Origin: Callorhinchus milii
Taxonomy: Eukaryota
Length of the DNA stretch: 64,000 nucleotides
NCBI RefSeq assembly: GCF_018977255.1
Contig: NW_024704742.1
Span: forward strand, 93,870,001 to 93,934,000
Direction: 5' to 3'
Of this stretch, positions 53,513 through 64,000 are shown piece after piece. The first letter of the stretch is position 1, and every line of letters starts with the position of its first letter. The notes under the pieces were generated by a model. The model was given only the letters and a program-made list of their open reading frames with translations. It was not told the DNA's origin and did no database searches. A program made the position numbers and the translations under genes.

Positions 53513-54046
53513 GTTGTTCAGCCAGAATCCAAGTATCATCGACCAAGACCAAGGCCACCACCTCAACAGGACACCAGACCACAGCCCGTGTGGAGGAGCT
53601 GCCGGGACCACAGCGCGGATGTGAGGGACACTGTACGGCCCCCTCCTTGCAGACCGCGGACAGACGCTTTTGAAACTGGTCCTGAAGGCCATTCTGGATC
53701 CAGCCACACGGACCGTTCAAGTCACAAATCCCGTTCTCACAAGACGAGGAACTCAGCATTCACTGCCACCGGTGCTGCTGCCCCAACGTACTGTCAGCCT
53801 ATCACTACTGTGACTGCTACAGCCTCCGTTACTGTGGCTGTTCACCCTCCCATGCCCAATCAGAATGTATATGGAGGCTACCAACATTACGAGGGGTTCA
53901 GTGAAACAGATGAAGGAGCGTTTGCAGATCCTCATGTGCCTTTCGATGCACGTCACGAGAGAAGAGACTCAAAGGTGGAAATTTTAGAGTTGCAGGATGT
54001 TGAATGTGAAACGCAACAGAGTAACGTCAGTAAGAGAACAAATTAG
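53513..54046 (+). CDS. PTCH1: PTCH1 exon 23 (534 nt, ends exactly with the TAG stop)
   Basis: tcatag|GTT...AATTAG|gtaagt; VVQPES...YCQPITTVTATASVTVAVHPP...RRDSKVEILELQDVECE...RTN*. Confidence 0.95.
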   Translation, partial: VVQPESKYHRPRPRPPPQQDTRPQPVWRSCRDHSADVRDTVRPPPCRPRTDAFETGPEGHSGSSHTDRSSHKSRSHKTRNSAFTATGAAAPTYCQPITTVTATASVTVAVHPPMPNQNVYGGYQHYEGFSETDEGAFADPHVPFDARHERRDSKVEILELQDVECETQQSNVSKRTN

Positions 54047-54597
54047 GTAAGTGTCCCAGGGAAATTAAATGTCAGGCTTGTGACCATTGAAAACTATTAC
54101 AACATATCTATCTCTTAAATTGTTTGAACGGGATAGGTTAGCGGAGGATGAATTTTTAACTGAAAACAAACTCCTAAAAACTAACATAAAAATGTTACGA
54201 AAAACCTAGATACCGATATAACCCAGGTTGTGTTCCAAGTGTTTAAATTTTGAAAATGAACCCTTCCCCTCCTCTCCCCCATTTCAATCTAATAATTCTA
54301 TTTAAAATAAACTATTGAAAAGAAGAGTGTTTTGTGTAACCTAGAAATATTTTGCTAGCAGTTCTGTGCAAAAAAGGCATTGGAATGTATTGTGGGAATG
54401 TGTTCCTTTCTTGGGGGAGGGGTTGAAGGATGGAGAGGGAGAGCGAGACGACAGAGAGAAGGGACAGAATCCATAGTGCAGGACGCCACTAAGATTGTAA
54501 ATAGAGAAGATGAGATCAATTAAGTAGCAGATGGATGATGATAGTGTACACTGTTGGAGGATATTTTGCTAATAGCTTCTTTCCCCCCATTTTTCAG

Positions 54598-57185
54598 TAT
54601 GGAATCTCTGATGCACAGAAGGCCAAAGATGGAAAAGCTCTTCATTTGCTCAGTATGAAACCTTGAAGTAAAACCGCTCCTCGCTATAAATACAGGCGAT
54701 GTTGCATTGGGAGAATAGGTTATTGTAACTGTTAAACTATTGTATTATGTGTTAAATATTTCTTCTCTAAAATATTTAAAGGATGTACACATATGTATAA
54801 TACAAAATGTACAATGTAAAGTAGTATATTTTAGGAGCTGCAAAGCTCCTGTGAATAGATTGGGAACAATATTGTGTGATCCATACATGGTGTACATTGA
54901 TCTGTGTATCTGTGCCACATTTACGCTTAATCTAGTCCTAATTTCAGCATGTTGCTGCTGCTTGAAATATTGTATAATTTACCTGTATAATTATTCTATG
55001 CAAATATTGCTCATGAGATAGGATTTTGTTTTGTAAAGGTACGCATTTTGTTAAAATATTTTAATTTTGCATATCACAACCCTGTGGTAGTATGAAATTT
55101 TACTGTTAACATTTCAAGCACGCTATGTGTGCTTCTTAAAATGATCAGATATGAAGAAAAGCACGTTAATCTTTTATGACCTGTTAGTTATAGTCATCAG
55201 ACTCTTTGCTGTGTACTGTATGTCTGTTGTGTTTTAATTTAACCCTTAGTGTGTGTGTATTTATTGACTATCTTGACTCTATGAATGATAAACTGTACCT
55301 ACAAATTCTAGCTGTCAGGAGAAACAAAGAGACGGCCTTTTTTAAAAAAAAATATTTATTGTCAACCTTAATAGAATGCAATTTTTGTAAAAACGACCCA
55401 CCCTCAAACTCAACTGTTCTCTTTAACCTCCATTTGTATATTTGTAAAGACATGCATCCAGTTTTTTTGTTAAAAAATGTAGACTATAATCCAATTCCGT
55501 TTTTTATATGTAAATGTGTAGGGGAAAAAAGTACTGTCTCTTCTTGAAACTGACTGATGCTGTTGTTAACCTCATCTGCTGCTCCACATGAATGGCCTCA
55601 CTTGTGCTCAATCCAGTGGGGCGCGTAAGACTGAAGCTCTGAATCCTTCAGGAACAGCCCCGAATATTTACTTTTTATATATATAAAATATATATTTATA
55701 TAGAAATGTTATATAGAGTTCCATACAGGTCTCATATGTTCCAAAACTCAAAACGGTGCCTACAGTTGAATCAAAATCCTCCCTTGATGACTGGTCTCGA
55801 TACTATTTTTAAGCTTTTTTTTATTTTATCATCTGGTGATTTAGGATTTGTTTTAAGCAATTCTTTATTGAAAGACTGAATCATCAACATTTTTACAGTT
55901 TATTTTGTTAGTCGTGTTTCTTTGCATCAGTCTTACTAACGTTGATGTTACAGATGATGCCAAATGGTGTCCAGTCGCATATAAGCTGAGTCATGTCCTC
56001 CGTTTTTTAAGTGTTAAAATAAGCTACTGCCATTAGCACACTAAGGGTTAACCCTAATTGTCTACTCTATGTGGAAAAAAAAGTTTACTCTCTGGCGTAG
56101 AAGTGTATGTGATACTCAGCAACAGACCTCAATGCGGCACTTGCCGTGGATTGACCTGAGATCATCCAGAATCCACAACAAAAACTGTATGGTGTTAATT
56201 GGAACTAACTTCAGCTGCCATAGTGTATATTAGATCGTGTCAAAAGTTCAGAGTGGCTTCCCACTGCTTCTGCCTTGGCGTCTGTCTGTCACTTTGAACT
56301 ATTATTTTCCCCTCTCCCTTGCTCCTCGTTTAAACAGCACAGATTGTGTCAAATGCAGATATATGTATGTTTTTCTCTTCCCTCCCCCTTCCCCTGTCTG
56401 CTGCTTCTGCACAATGTAGACCTTTTCTCCTTATAAGTCACATTGGCAAAGGGAGAACTTCTCAGTGGCTGCCAACTGTTTTTAAGGAAAAAAATGTATT
56501 TTTTTGTGATATTTATATTTTTGTATCATAAGAATGTTTTCTTACAGTATTTGTTGTATGCCAGTTTATAACAAAAATGCAGGGATTTTTTCTTCTGTTC
56601 AAAACCCTATTACAGCTACATTTTACTTTGTAATGGATTTTTAATCTGTATAAAGTGCTTACTAATGTTAATAATTAAATAGGAAAGATATATAACTGTT
56701 ACATTAAGATCGTGTAGGTTTTAGGATGAGGATGCAAAAGGAAAATATTCAAACTGGGTCTCACTGCCTGTCAGATTTTGGCAGAGGTGGGTTTGTGTCA
56801 TTTCAGTTACAAAGATAAATGTATGCCATATAATTTATTTATATGAAAATTTATTTTTGTAGTGTACATAGTAGTCATCAAGTCTTTTGACAGAAGTATA
56901 TTTTTAAAGAGTTTATATGTAATGATACCATTATGTTGGATCATAACTGAGACACAGTTACAGTGCACACTTTTCATTGTAACTTACACTTGGAGAAGAT
57001 GTTTTACAGTGTTAAAGAGAAAGCAACTATTCTAAAGTTACATAATTTGGTTCATTTTCCGCGGAATACGTGCCTTGTGTGTTTTATCTGCGTCATGGGA
57101 CGTGGAAATTGTGGAAGCTCTCTAAATATTAATGTTCAACCACTGATAGAATTTCTAACAAATAAAAATAATATAACTTAACTAT
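54598..57185 (+). other. PTCH1: PTCH1 exon 24, non-coding 3'UTR exon (3' end approximate)
   Basis: Acceptor ttctttccccccatttttcag at 54597. Blocks such as GGCCAAAGATGGAAA and TGCATATCACAACCCTGTGGTAGTATGAAA resemble the human PTCH1 3'UTR as I recall it. No repeats recognised; ends at an AATAAA. Confidence 0.8.
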
Positions 57186-57200
57186 TGTGTGGTTGTCCTT
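57161..57200 (+). terminator. Polyadenylation signal AATAAA (57161-57166) with downstream GU-rich element
   Basis: AATAAA followed about 20 nt later by TTGTGTGGTTGT; transposon sequence starts shortly after. Confidence 0.7.
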
Positions 57201-57244
57201 ATTACTGGTCTGAATTGTTTGCACTCAACACAACTGAAGAAGCC

Positions 57245-57780
57245 CTCAATATGCTCCCTCTCTGCAATGTCATCCGCAGACATTGGGTCAACTTCCACAT
57301 GTATGCAGATTACACCCAAATCTTCTACTCCTCCAGCTGTGACTCCCAGCCCGCTGATGTTCTGTTAGCTTGTTTGACGGACATCAAGGCCTGGATGAGC
57401 ACAAATTCCTTGCAGCTGAATGTTGGCAAGACAGAAGCCATAGTCTTTGGCTCCCATCAACGTCTTCTCACCTGTGGGTCTGAACTCCTCAACCTCCCCG
57501 GACTCTCCCTCAGGGTTCGATTCCCAGCTTTCCTTCCTACCCAACATCTGTTCCTTGACAAGGATCGCTTTTATCCACCTCCGACACATTGTCCATCTCT
57601 GTCCATACCTCGCAACCAAAACACTCGTCCACGCTTTTGTCACTTCCCAGCTGGACTATTTTGATTCCCTCCTGGGTGGCTTCCCCAGTTCCACCATGCG
57701 CAAAATTCAACTAATTAAAAACTCCGCCACCCGGATACTCACCCCTACAAAATTCTGTACCCCATCACCCCAGTCCTTAT
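57245..57780 (+). mobile_element. L2-clade LINE RT fragment
   Basis: MLPL..VIRRHWVNFHMYADYTQIF, CLTDIKAWMSTNSLQLNVGKTE, LVHAFVTSQLDY. Confidence 0.85.
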
Positions 57781-57959
57781 TATATGTGTCAAAGTTAAAC
57801 ATATTTTAGGTTCACGTTGTTTTACTATATGTACTTTCTCTTTTTCTGATCATCCAGTGGAGGGGATATTTATTTGAGAATCTGGAGACTTGCATATTTT
57901 CTAATTCTGCAATTCCCTTATTTTGCATTGAAGACTTTCCTCTTCAAACAATGCTTTGA

Positions 57960-58156
57960 TCGTCTCCCTTCTCTCCCTGGTTTGGGACTCTGGAATTCTC
58001 TCTCAATCCCTCCACCTTGCCCCCTCCCTTCCCACTTTTAAATCCCGCCTTTTTGATCATGCTTACCGTCACCTCTTCCCTCCCTTTCCCCTTGGCTCAG
58101 CATCAGACTTCACTACTAAGCGCTCCGGGACACTATATAAATGCAAATTGTTGTTG
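57960..58156 (+). mobile_element. L2 3' end fragment
   Basis: SLHLAPSLPTFKS..LF and tail TATATAAATGCAAATTGTTGTTG. Confidence 0.7.
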
Positions 58157-58204
58157 GTGTCAAGCTCCGCCATAGTTAAGCGTTCCGAGAGCTATCCCAC
58201 AATG

Positions 58205-58554
58205 TTTTGGTGTTGTTATAAGCTTATAAAATAATGAAGGTTTTGATAGAATCAATAGGGAGAAACTATTTCTACTGGTCAGAGAGTCAACGACAAGAAA
58301 GATTCAATTTAGGATAGTCAGCAAACGAGTAATGTCGGGAGATTAGGAGAATATTTTCCACGCACAAGGAGTTGTTTGAGTTGTGGCAAAATCCATATTA
58401 GCTTTCAAAAGGGAACTAGATAGATAGCAAACTGCAGGTGTATGGGAGAAAGTGGCAGGTAAATGGGACTGAAAGGATTGCTCCTTTAAAGAACCAGCAG
58501 AGATACGATGGAGCAAATGGCCACCTCTATGGTTCTATGGTTTCTATGATTCAA
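58205..58554 (+). mobile_element. CR1 LINE 3' end
   Basis: Degenerate KIMKGFDR.NREKLF-like ORF2 end and (TTCTATGG)-type tail. Confidence 0.8.
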
Positions 58555-58981
58555 CAGCCCAATTTCAAATAGCAATACATGGACTTTCCCATGCCTAGTT
58601 TGCATATCAAGGTACTACCGAGGTGAGATGCAGGTTAAAGTTTCCAAACTTCCCTCTGCTCCGCTGCAACACCTGAACCTCAGAATTCAGCACAGTACAA
58701 CCCAATAAATCAGTGTGACAATTACTTTCTTCACGCTAGCTATGAGGTTCTTTGAACACTATATTAGAAGTTCAGTATTAGGAACTGAGCTAAGTGCTGA
58801 ATGCCCCTGAACTACACTAATTTATTTTGGAATCCAGCGTATCTGCTGAAGAGAGGAGATGTTTATCTCGTGTGGGCAAGATTCTTACAGAGAAGTATCA
58901 GGAATGAAAAACCCAATGCATTAACCAGTCCCCACGGTTTTCTGTGGTTATTAATAATCCTTGCAGAATAGGATTATTATA

Positions 58982-59195
58982 TTGAACCATAGAAATTCAC
59001 AGCACAGAAGGTGGCCATTTGCTCCATTGTATCTCTGCTGGTTCTTTAAAAGAGCAATCCTTTCAGTCCCATTTACCTGCCACTTTCTCCCATACACCTG
59101 CAGTTAGCTATCTATCAAGTTACCTTTTGAAAATTAATATGGATTTTGCCACAACTCAAACAACTCCTTTTGTGTGGAAAATATTCTCCAAATCT
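58982..59195 (-). mobile_element. CR1 3' end, inverted near-copy of 58340-58554
   Basis: Direct reverse-complement comparison. Confidence 0.85.
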
Positions 59196-59224
59196 GCAAG
59201 GATTATTAATAACCACAGAAACAG

Positions 59225-60198
59225 AAGACATGGGGTAAATTTCCACATCTATGCGAATGACACCCAACTCTACCTCTCTGCCTCCACCCTGAACTCCAGG
59301 ACTACTGGTGTCCTGACCGACTGCCTGTACAACATCAAGTCCTGAACGAGGGCCAACTTTCTCCAATTCAACGTCAGCAAGACCGAGGCCCTCCTGATTG
59401 GCTCGGGTCAACGCCTCCGCTCCTCGGGCACTGGCAGCATCAGCCTCCATGGCTGCACACTCAACCTCACTAAGCCAGTCAGGAACCTGGGTATATTGTT
59501 TGATCCTGAACTGTCCTTTCTCTCTCACATCCGCGCCATGACAGGCACTGCCTACCACCACCTCCGCAACATTGCCAGACTCCACCACTGCCTCACCCCT
59601 CAGGCTGCCGAAACCCTCACCCACGCATTCGTCACATCAAAGCTCGATTACGGGAACTCCCTCCTCAACGGCCTTCCCAACTCTTCCCTTCACAAGCTGC
59701 AGATCATCCGAAACTCTGCAGCCCGCGTACTCTCACGCACCAGGCTCCGTGACCCCATCACTCCCACGTCTCCACTGGCTCCCCATCCCCCAGAGGATCG
59801 AGTTCAAGATCCTCGTCCTCACCTTTAAGGCCATCCATGGCCTTGCCCCCTCCTACCCCGCTGACCTGCTGACTCCCTACCAACCTGCCCGTTCCTTCCG
59901 TTCATCGGGCTCCATGTCTCCCGCCCGACCCACCCTACCATCGGTTGCAAGGCTTTCAGCCTCTCTGCCCCCACACTCTGGAACGGTCCCTTCACCTCGC
60001 TTCCTCCCTTTTCTCCTTCAAGGTCGGTCTCAAGACCCTTCTCTTCGACCACACCTTTGGTCGCCCTCCCACCTCTCTGCCTTCCCTCACCCCTACACAC
60101 CCCTCCCCCATGCTCAGGCCCCGACACCTGACTGCTCAGCGCTTTGGGACGTCCTCCCGACGTGAAAGGCACTCTATAAATATCATTTTGTTGTTGTT
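59225..60198 (+). mobile_element. L2-clade LINE, 5'-truncated (RT C-terminal region to 3' tail), disrupted
   Basis: HGVNFHIYANDTQLYLS, VRNLGILFDPELSF, HAFVTSKLDYGNSLL, LHWLPIPQRIEFKIL; contains a stop and frameshifts; (TTG)n tail. Confidence 0.9.
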
Positions 60199-60552
60199 GC
60201 ATTTTGATATAGCACCTTAGCACATCTTCGAGACATTTCAAAGTGCTTCACGGAATATACTGTACGGTGAATTGACTGTATATGTTGTGGGTGAAACACG
60301 GCAGCCAATTACAGCCAACAGGGTCCCACAAACAGTCGTGGATTGAGTGATCAAATTGTTTTTTTAAAAGGAATTATTACCCCCAGAAAAGTGATCCGCC
60401 AATCGACTAACAAGCGGGTTCCTACTTACTGCTAGGTAAACAGAGACGTGTGGAGTAAGGAAATTTTCCCAACATTTCACCCTGCCAGGAATCAAACCCA
60501 GGTCTCTCGCTTGCGAGGCAAGTGTCCTAACCAATGAGATACAGGACTCCAC
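60198..60552 (-). mobile_element. tRNA-derived SINE, full length
   Basis: Reverse-complement match to 52371-52744. Confidence 0.9.
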
Positions 60553-60779
60553 TTATTAAAATAACTTACTGAAAATTGGCTTAAAAATGTAAGATTTTAA
60601 GAATTTTCCAAATTGTGGACACCTTAAATTGTTCCATAATTAGACTAAATCTGGACCCATGTGGAATTTTTCACCGGATAATGTCTAGATGTATCTGAAT
60701 ATTGTGAGTTGAGATAACTCCTCTGCAGAACAATAGAATTAAGAATTGGCCCATCAGCCAATACAAGAGAAAACAATGT

Positions 60780-61680
60780 ATTCTTTGAAGAAGAGCCATG
60801 TGGGTTAAGCACAGAAATGTCTTTCTCCCATCATCAATAGGAGTCTTATAGCTGTTGCTCATTTTGTGGCTGAAGAAACCTGGCTTATCTACCTCAGCCC
60901 TTCAGCACTAGGAATTAGCCATATTAGTCTCTTCTATACTATCCCTTGGATTTAGATGGGCCCTCAGGCTACAACCACCATAGCTGTAAGCATCAAAACT
61001 ATTGGATTTTTTAGGTGACTTTGGGGATGATGAGTGTAACTAATGTGTCTTTGTTAAATGCCACTTCACGCTGTTGGTGAAGGACAAGTGAACTAACATC
61101 CTTTCAATCTTCTACTTGGCAACTTCTAGCCCATTCACAGAATTCATGTATTTCCTGCATTTACTGTCAGAATGCAGTATTTTATATTTGTTCGTATTGA
61201 AGCTTATTTACCAATGACAACCAGATGTAAGTTCTCTCAGGCTCTCTTTGCAAGATCCTGGCTGCCCTTTTGAAATGCCTGAGGAACCCCACTCAATTCC
61301 TTCCTCTCTATTTTGACCTAGTTCTACTTGGGACTACTCTCTGCTTCAATTAACCAGTTACTAATCCATAACCATGTCTTACCCTTGTTATCCACTGGCA
61401 TTATTTAGTAAGGAAGTTTCTTGTGTGATGCTTTATCCAAGGCTTTTTGGAATTCTAAATTCACTGTCATATGACTTTCCACTGTCAATTTGAGATGCTG
61501 ATTCTTCAAAAAAATATATTTTGGTAGGGTAACTGAAGCCAAGTTGGTTACCACTCATTAGCTTATTTTCCTATAAATACTCTTCTATGCTACTTTGATT
61601 TTTAATTCAATTTGTTTTCTAATTACTGATATCAGAATAATGGTTCTGCCGTTACCAGCTATGGCTTCACCACTGTTCTT
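60780..61680 (-). mobile_element. Old CR1 RT remnant (boundaries approximate)
   Basis: Minus strand near 61417-61460 reads LEFQKALDKASHKKL, resembling the CR1 motif LDFQKAFDKVPHKRL. Confidence 0.65.
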
Positions 61681-61782
61681 GAATGCGACACTCAACGTTT
61701 CAATCAGACCTAGTTGCCCTCAATGGACTGAAGCACTTTAGAGAATGTCAGTGTAATCCTGAATCTTCAATTTCATAGAATT

Positions 61783-62160
61783 GTGGAATCCTGTAGTGTA
61801 TTGGTTAGAGCACTCGGCTCGCTAGCGAGAGGACCTGGATTAGATTCCCAGGCAGAGCGAAACCACAGATAAGTTTCCTTACTATACATGTCTCTGTTTA
61901 CCTAGCAGTAAGTAGGAACCCAGTTGTTAGTCGATTGACAGATGCTTTCTGAGGGTAATAATCCCTTCAAATAAATAAATTTGGACACTCAATCCCTACT
62001 ATTTCTGGGACACTGCTGTGTGCTGTTGACTGACATATTTCACCCACAAAATATAGTCAATTCACTTTACAGTATATTCTGTGAAGTGCTTTGGGACGTC
62101 TCAACATGATAAGACGCTATATCAAATGCAAGTAATATATTATTATTTTATTATTATAAT
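61783..62160 (+). mobile_element. tRNA-derived SINE, full length
   Basis: GTGGAATCCTGTAG head, same body, (ATT)n tail. Confidence 0.9.
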
Positions 62161-64000
62161 TATAGGAATTACAGCATAGAGGAAGGCTGTTCAACCCATT
62201 GAGCCTAGGCTGGTTCCAGTTCCTTTACTAGAACTAATGATTCTAATCCCAATTCTCTGCTCCTTTATCCATACCCTCTTACATTCTTCCTCTTTAATAC
62301 TTTATTCAGTACCTTTCACTTATTGTTATGATCAACATTTCTGGGAGTCTTTCGGGGAAGGAAGGAACTGCTGTAAACTGAAGCTTCCAAACTACAAAGC
62401 GCAAGTGTTGGCTCTTGGAAACACTCAGGTGATAGTGGCTGCTCCTTGAATTAAATTCGCTATCAGGAGAGATTTACTTCAGTCTCATTTAATCAGATTC
62501 AGCTCTGAAGATGATTCAAGCCTCCATAAATAACACCTGGTTATCTAAAACTACTGTATTTCAAACATAAACTGTTGATGCATATGAGGTAGGGGTTGTG
62601 GCTTTCTGTTGTGGGCACCTTGTTCCACTGGCACCTCTCATTACATATCTTGTGTCTGGTACATAAGGGTCTGAAGGATTGTACATAAGTTTATGCAAAC
62701 AACAGACCTGATGTGTCAAACATCAACACATGCTTCAGCTTGAGAGATCAGATGAGAGGTTGGTTCTTTACACCTTATCCGTTCAGAATGCCAACCTTAT
62801 GGTCTTCGCATTACAGTGTCAAGATATTTTGTAAATGAGTCCAGTGCCCTGGCTTCAGCCATCTCCTTGGTAATCCATTCCAGCTGTTGATTACACTCTG
62901 TGTAAAGATATGTTTTCTTATGTCTTGGCATTTTAATGCCTTGTGAATAATTCCCAGTACTGTGCTATCTTCACTGAAGGCTCAAGTTCTCAGTACAAAC
63001 TTTCATCTGCTACACATTGCCCTATATTAGAACATGGAGATCAACCAAGAGCGAGGATAAGGCTAACTGAAAGATCTCAAAGGGCATAAGCTTTAAACAG
63101 GACTGTACAATGTATTATTAGGTGCGTTACAGGATACATATTTTTACGTTGTAGATTACCAGCTTGAAAAACACCAGTTAAGTGAAAGCTCATTCCATTC
63201 AGATATAGCCGTCTCTTTGATCAATCGCCCAAGAAATCATCTGTGAGGTTCCATTTGGAATAATCTTCAGTAGGTTGCCACCTATCCAGTTTTGGACCAG
63301 ACATTCTATTTTTCAGTCATCTGTCTGGAAATTTCTAAAATGAAAACTCAACACTAAAACTTTTTTTTAAAATATTTGTTTTTTCAACATCCGTACATTC
63401 CACAACAGACTGAGCATAAGTTTTGGTGCGGAGGCATTACAATAAAGGTTATTAAAGTGTTCAATTAACTCAGCCATCAGGAAAGTCAACCTCAGAACGC
63501 AAGCAAGCTGTGTGATCCAATCATTGCCCCAATCCCATCAATCCCTGCCTGGTTTTGTCTTGGCAAAATGTGGCAACTATAATCTTTACACCTCCACTAA
63601 ACAGTACTGTCTGGATTTATATTCCAAAACAAATATTCTTTATGGCACAAGGTCCTTACAGCAGCTTTCACACCAAGCCAGTTACCTCACCTCAATGGGT
63701 ATGCACAACTCCAGTAGAATCCTATACTACGTGGCAGATAAATGAACTAGAAAAAAATCTTGGTCTTCTTCATTCTTTCAAAGTAGTTCATCATCCACAT
63801 ACCTCATTGGCACTTTCTTTTAGCACAGTCTCTAACTTGGATTTGGAGTGTTTGAACATTATGATTTAGTGTTGAACAGTTGTTTCCTTTGATGTGTAAT
63901 CATAAACTGCAGACTCTCTCCTCAGAAAGAACCCTGCATGGCTTTGTGGATGGACATTCATGCAGTGCGGGATTGGGGAGCGATCATATGAGTCTCCCAT

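Noticed and set aside
57185..60241. ORFs of 90-197 aa as a downstream gene
   Set aside because: Frameshifted L2 reverse-transcriptase remnants or their antisense frames.

Overview
Vertebrate genomic DNA, most likely from a cartilaginous fish and possibly a holocephalan (inferred from the repeat types, not proven). The window holds most of a PTCH1 (patched 1, Hedgehog receptor) gene on the + strand. Positions 1-16700 are the 3' part of the large intron 2; exons 1-2 and the promoter lie upstream of the window. There are 21 coding exons (human-equivalent exons 3-23, 16701..54046), all GT-AG and in phase, totalling 3950 nt (about 1316 aa plus stop). A 3'UTR intron follows, then a non-coding last exon (54598..~57185, AATAAA at 57161). 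Introns and the downstream region carry tRNA-derived and Deu-type SINEs, L2 and CR1 LINE remnants, an older SINE-like family and a Penelope-type palindrome. Most ORFs in the supplied track are noise or partial exons. Most notable: a TSD-flanked fold-back element with hammerhead-ribozyme cores on both strands in intron 2; a PPPY->PPPC change in the C-tail ubiquitin-ligase motif; local DNA copied into the 5' junctions of two retroelement insertions; a candidate poison exon in intron 12; and candidate intronic GLI enhancers. I found no convincing wholly new multi-gene system. Comparisons to human PTCH1 are from memory and need checking by alignment.
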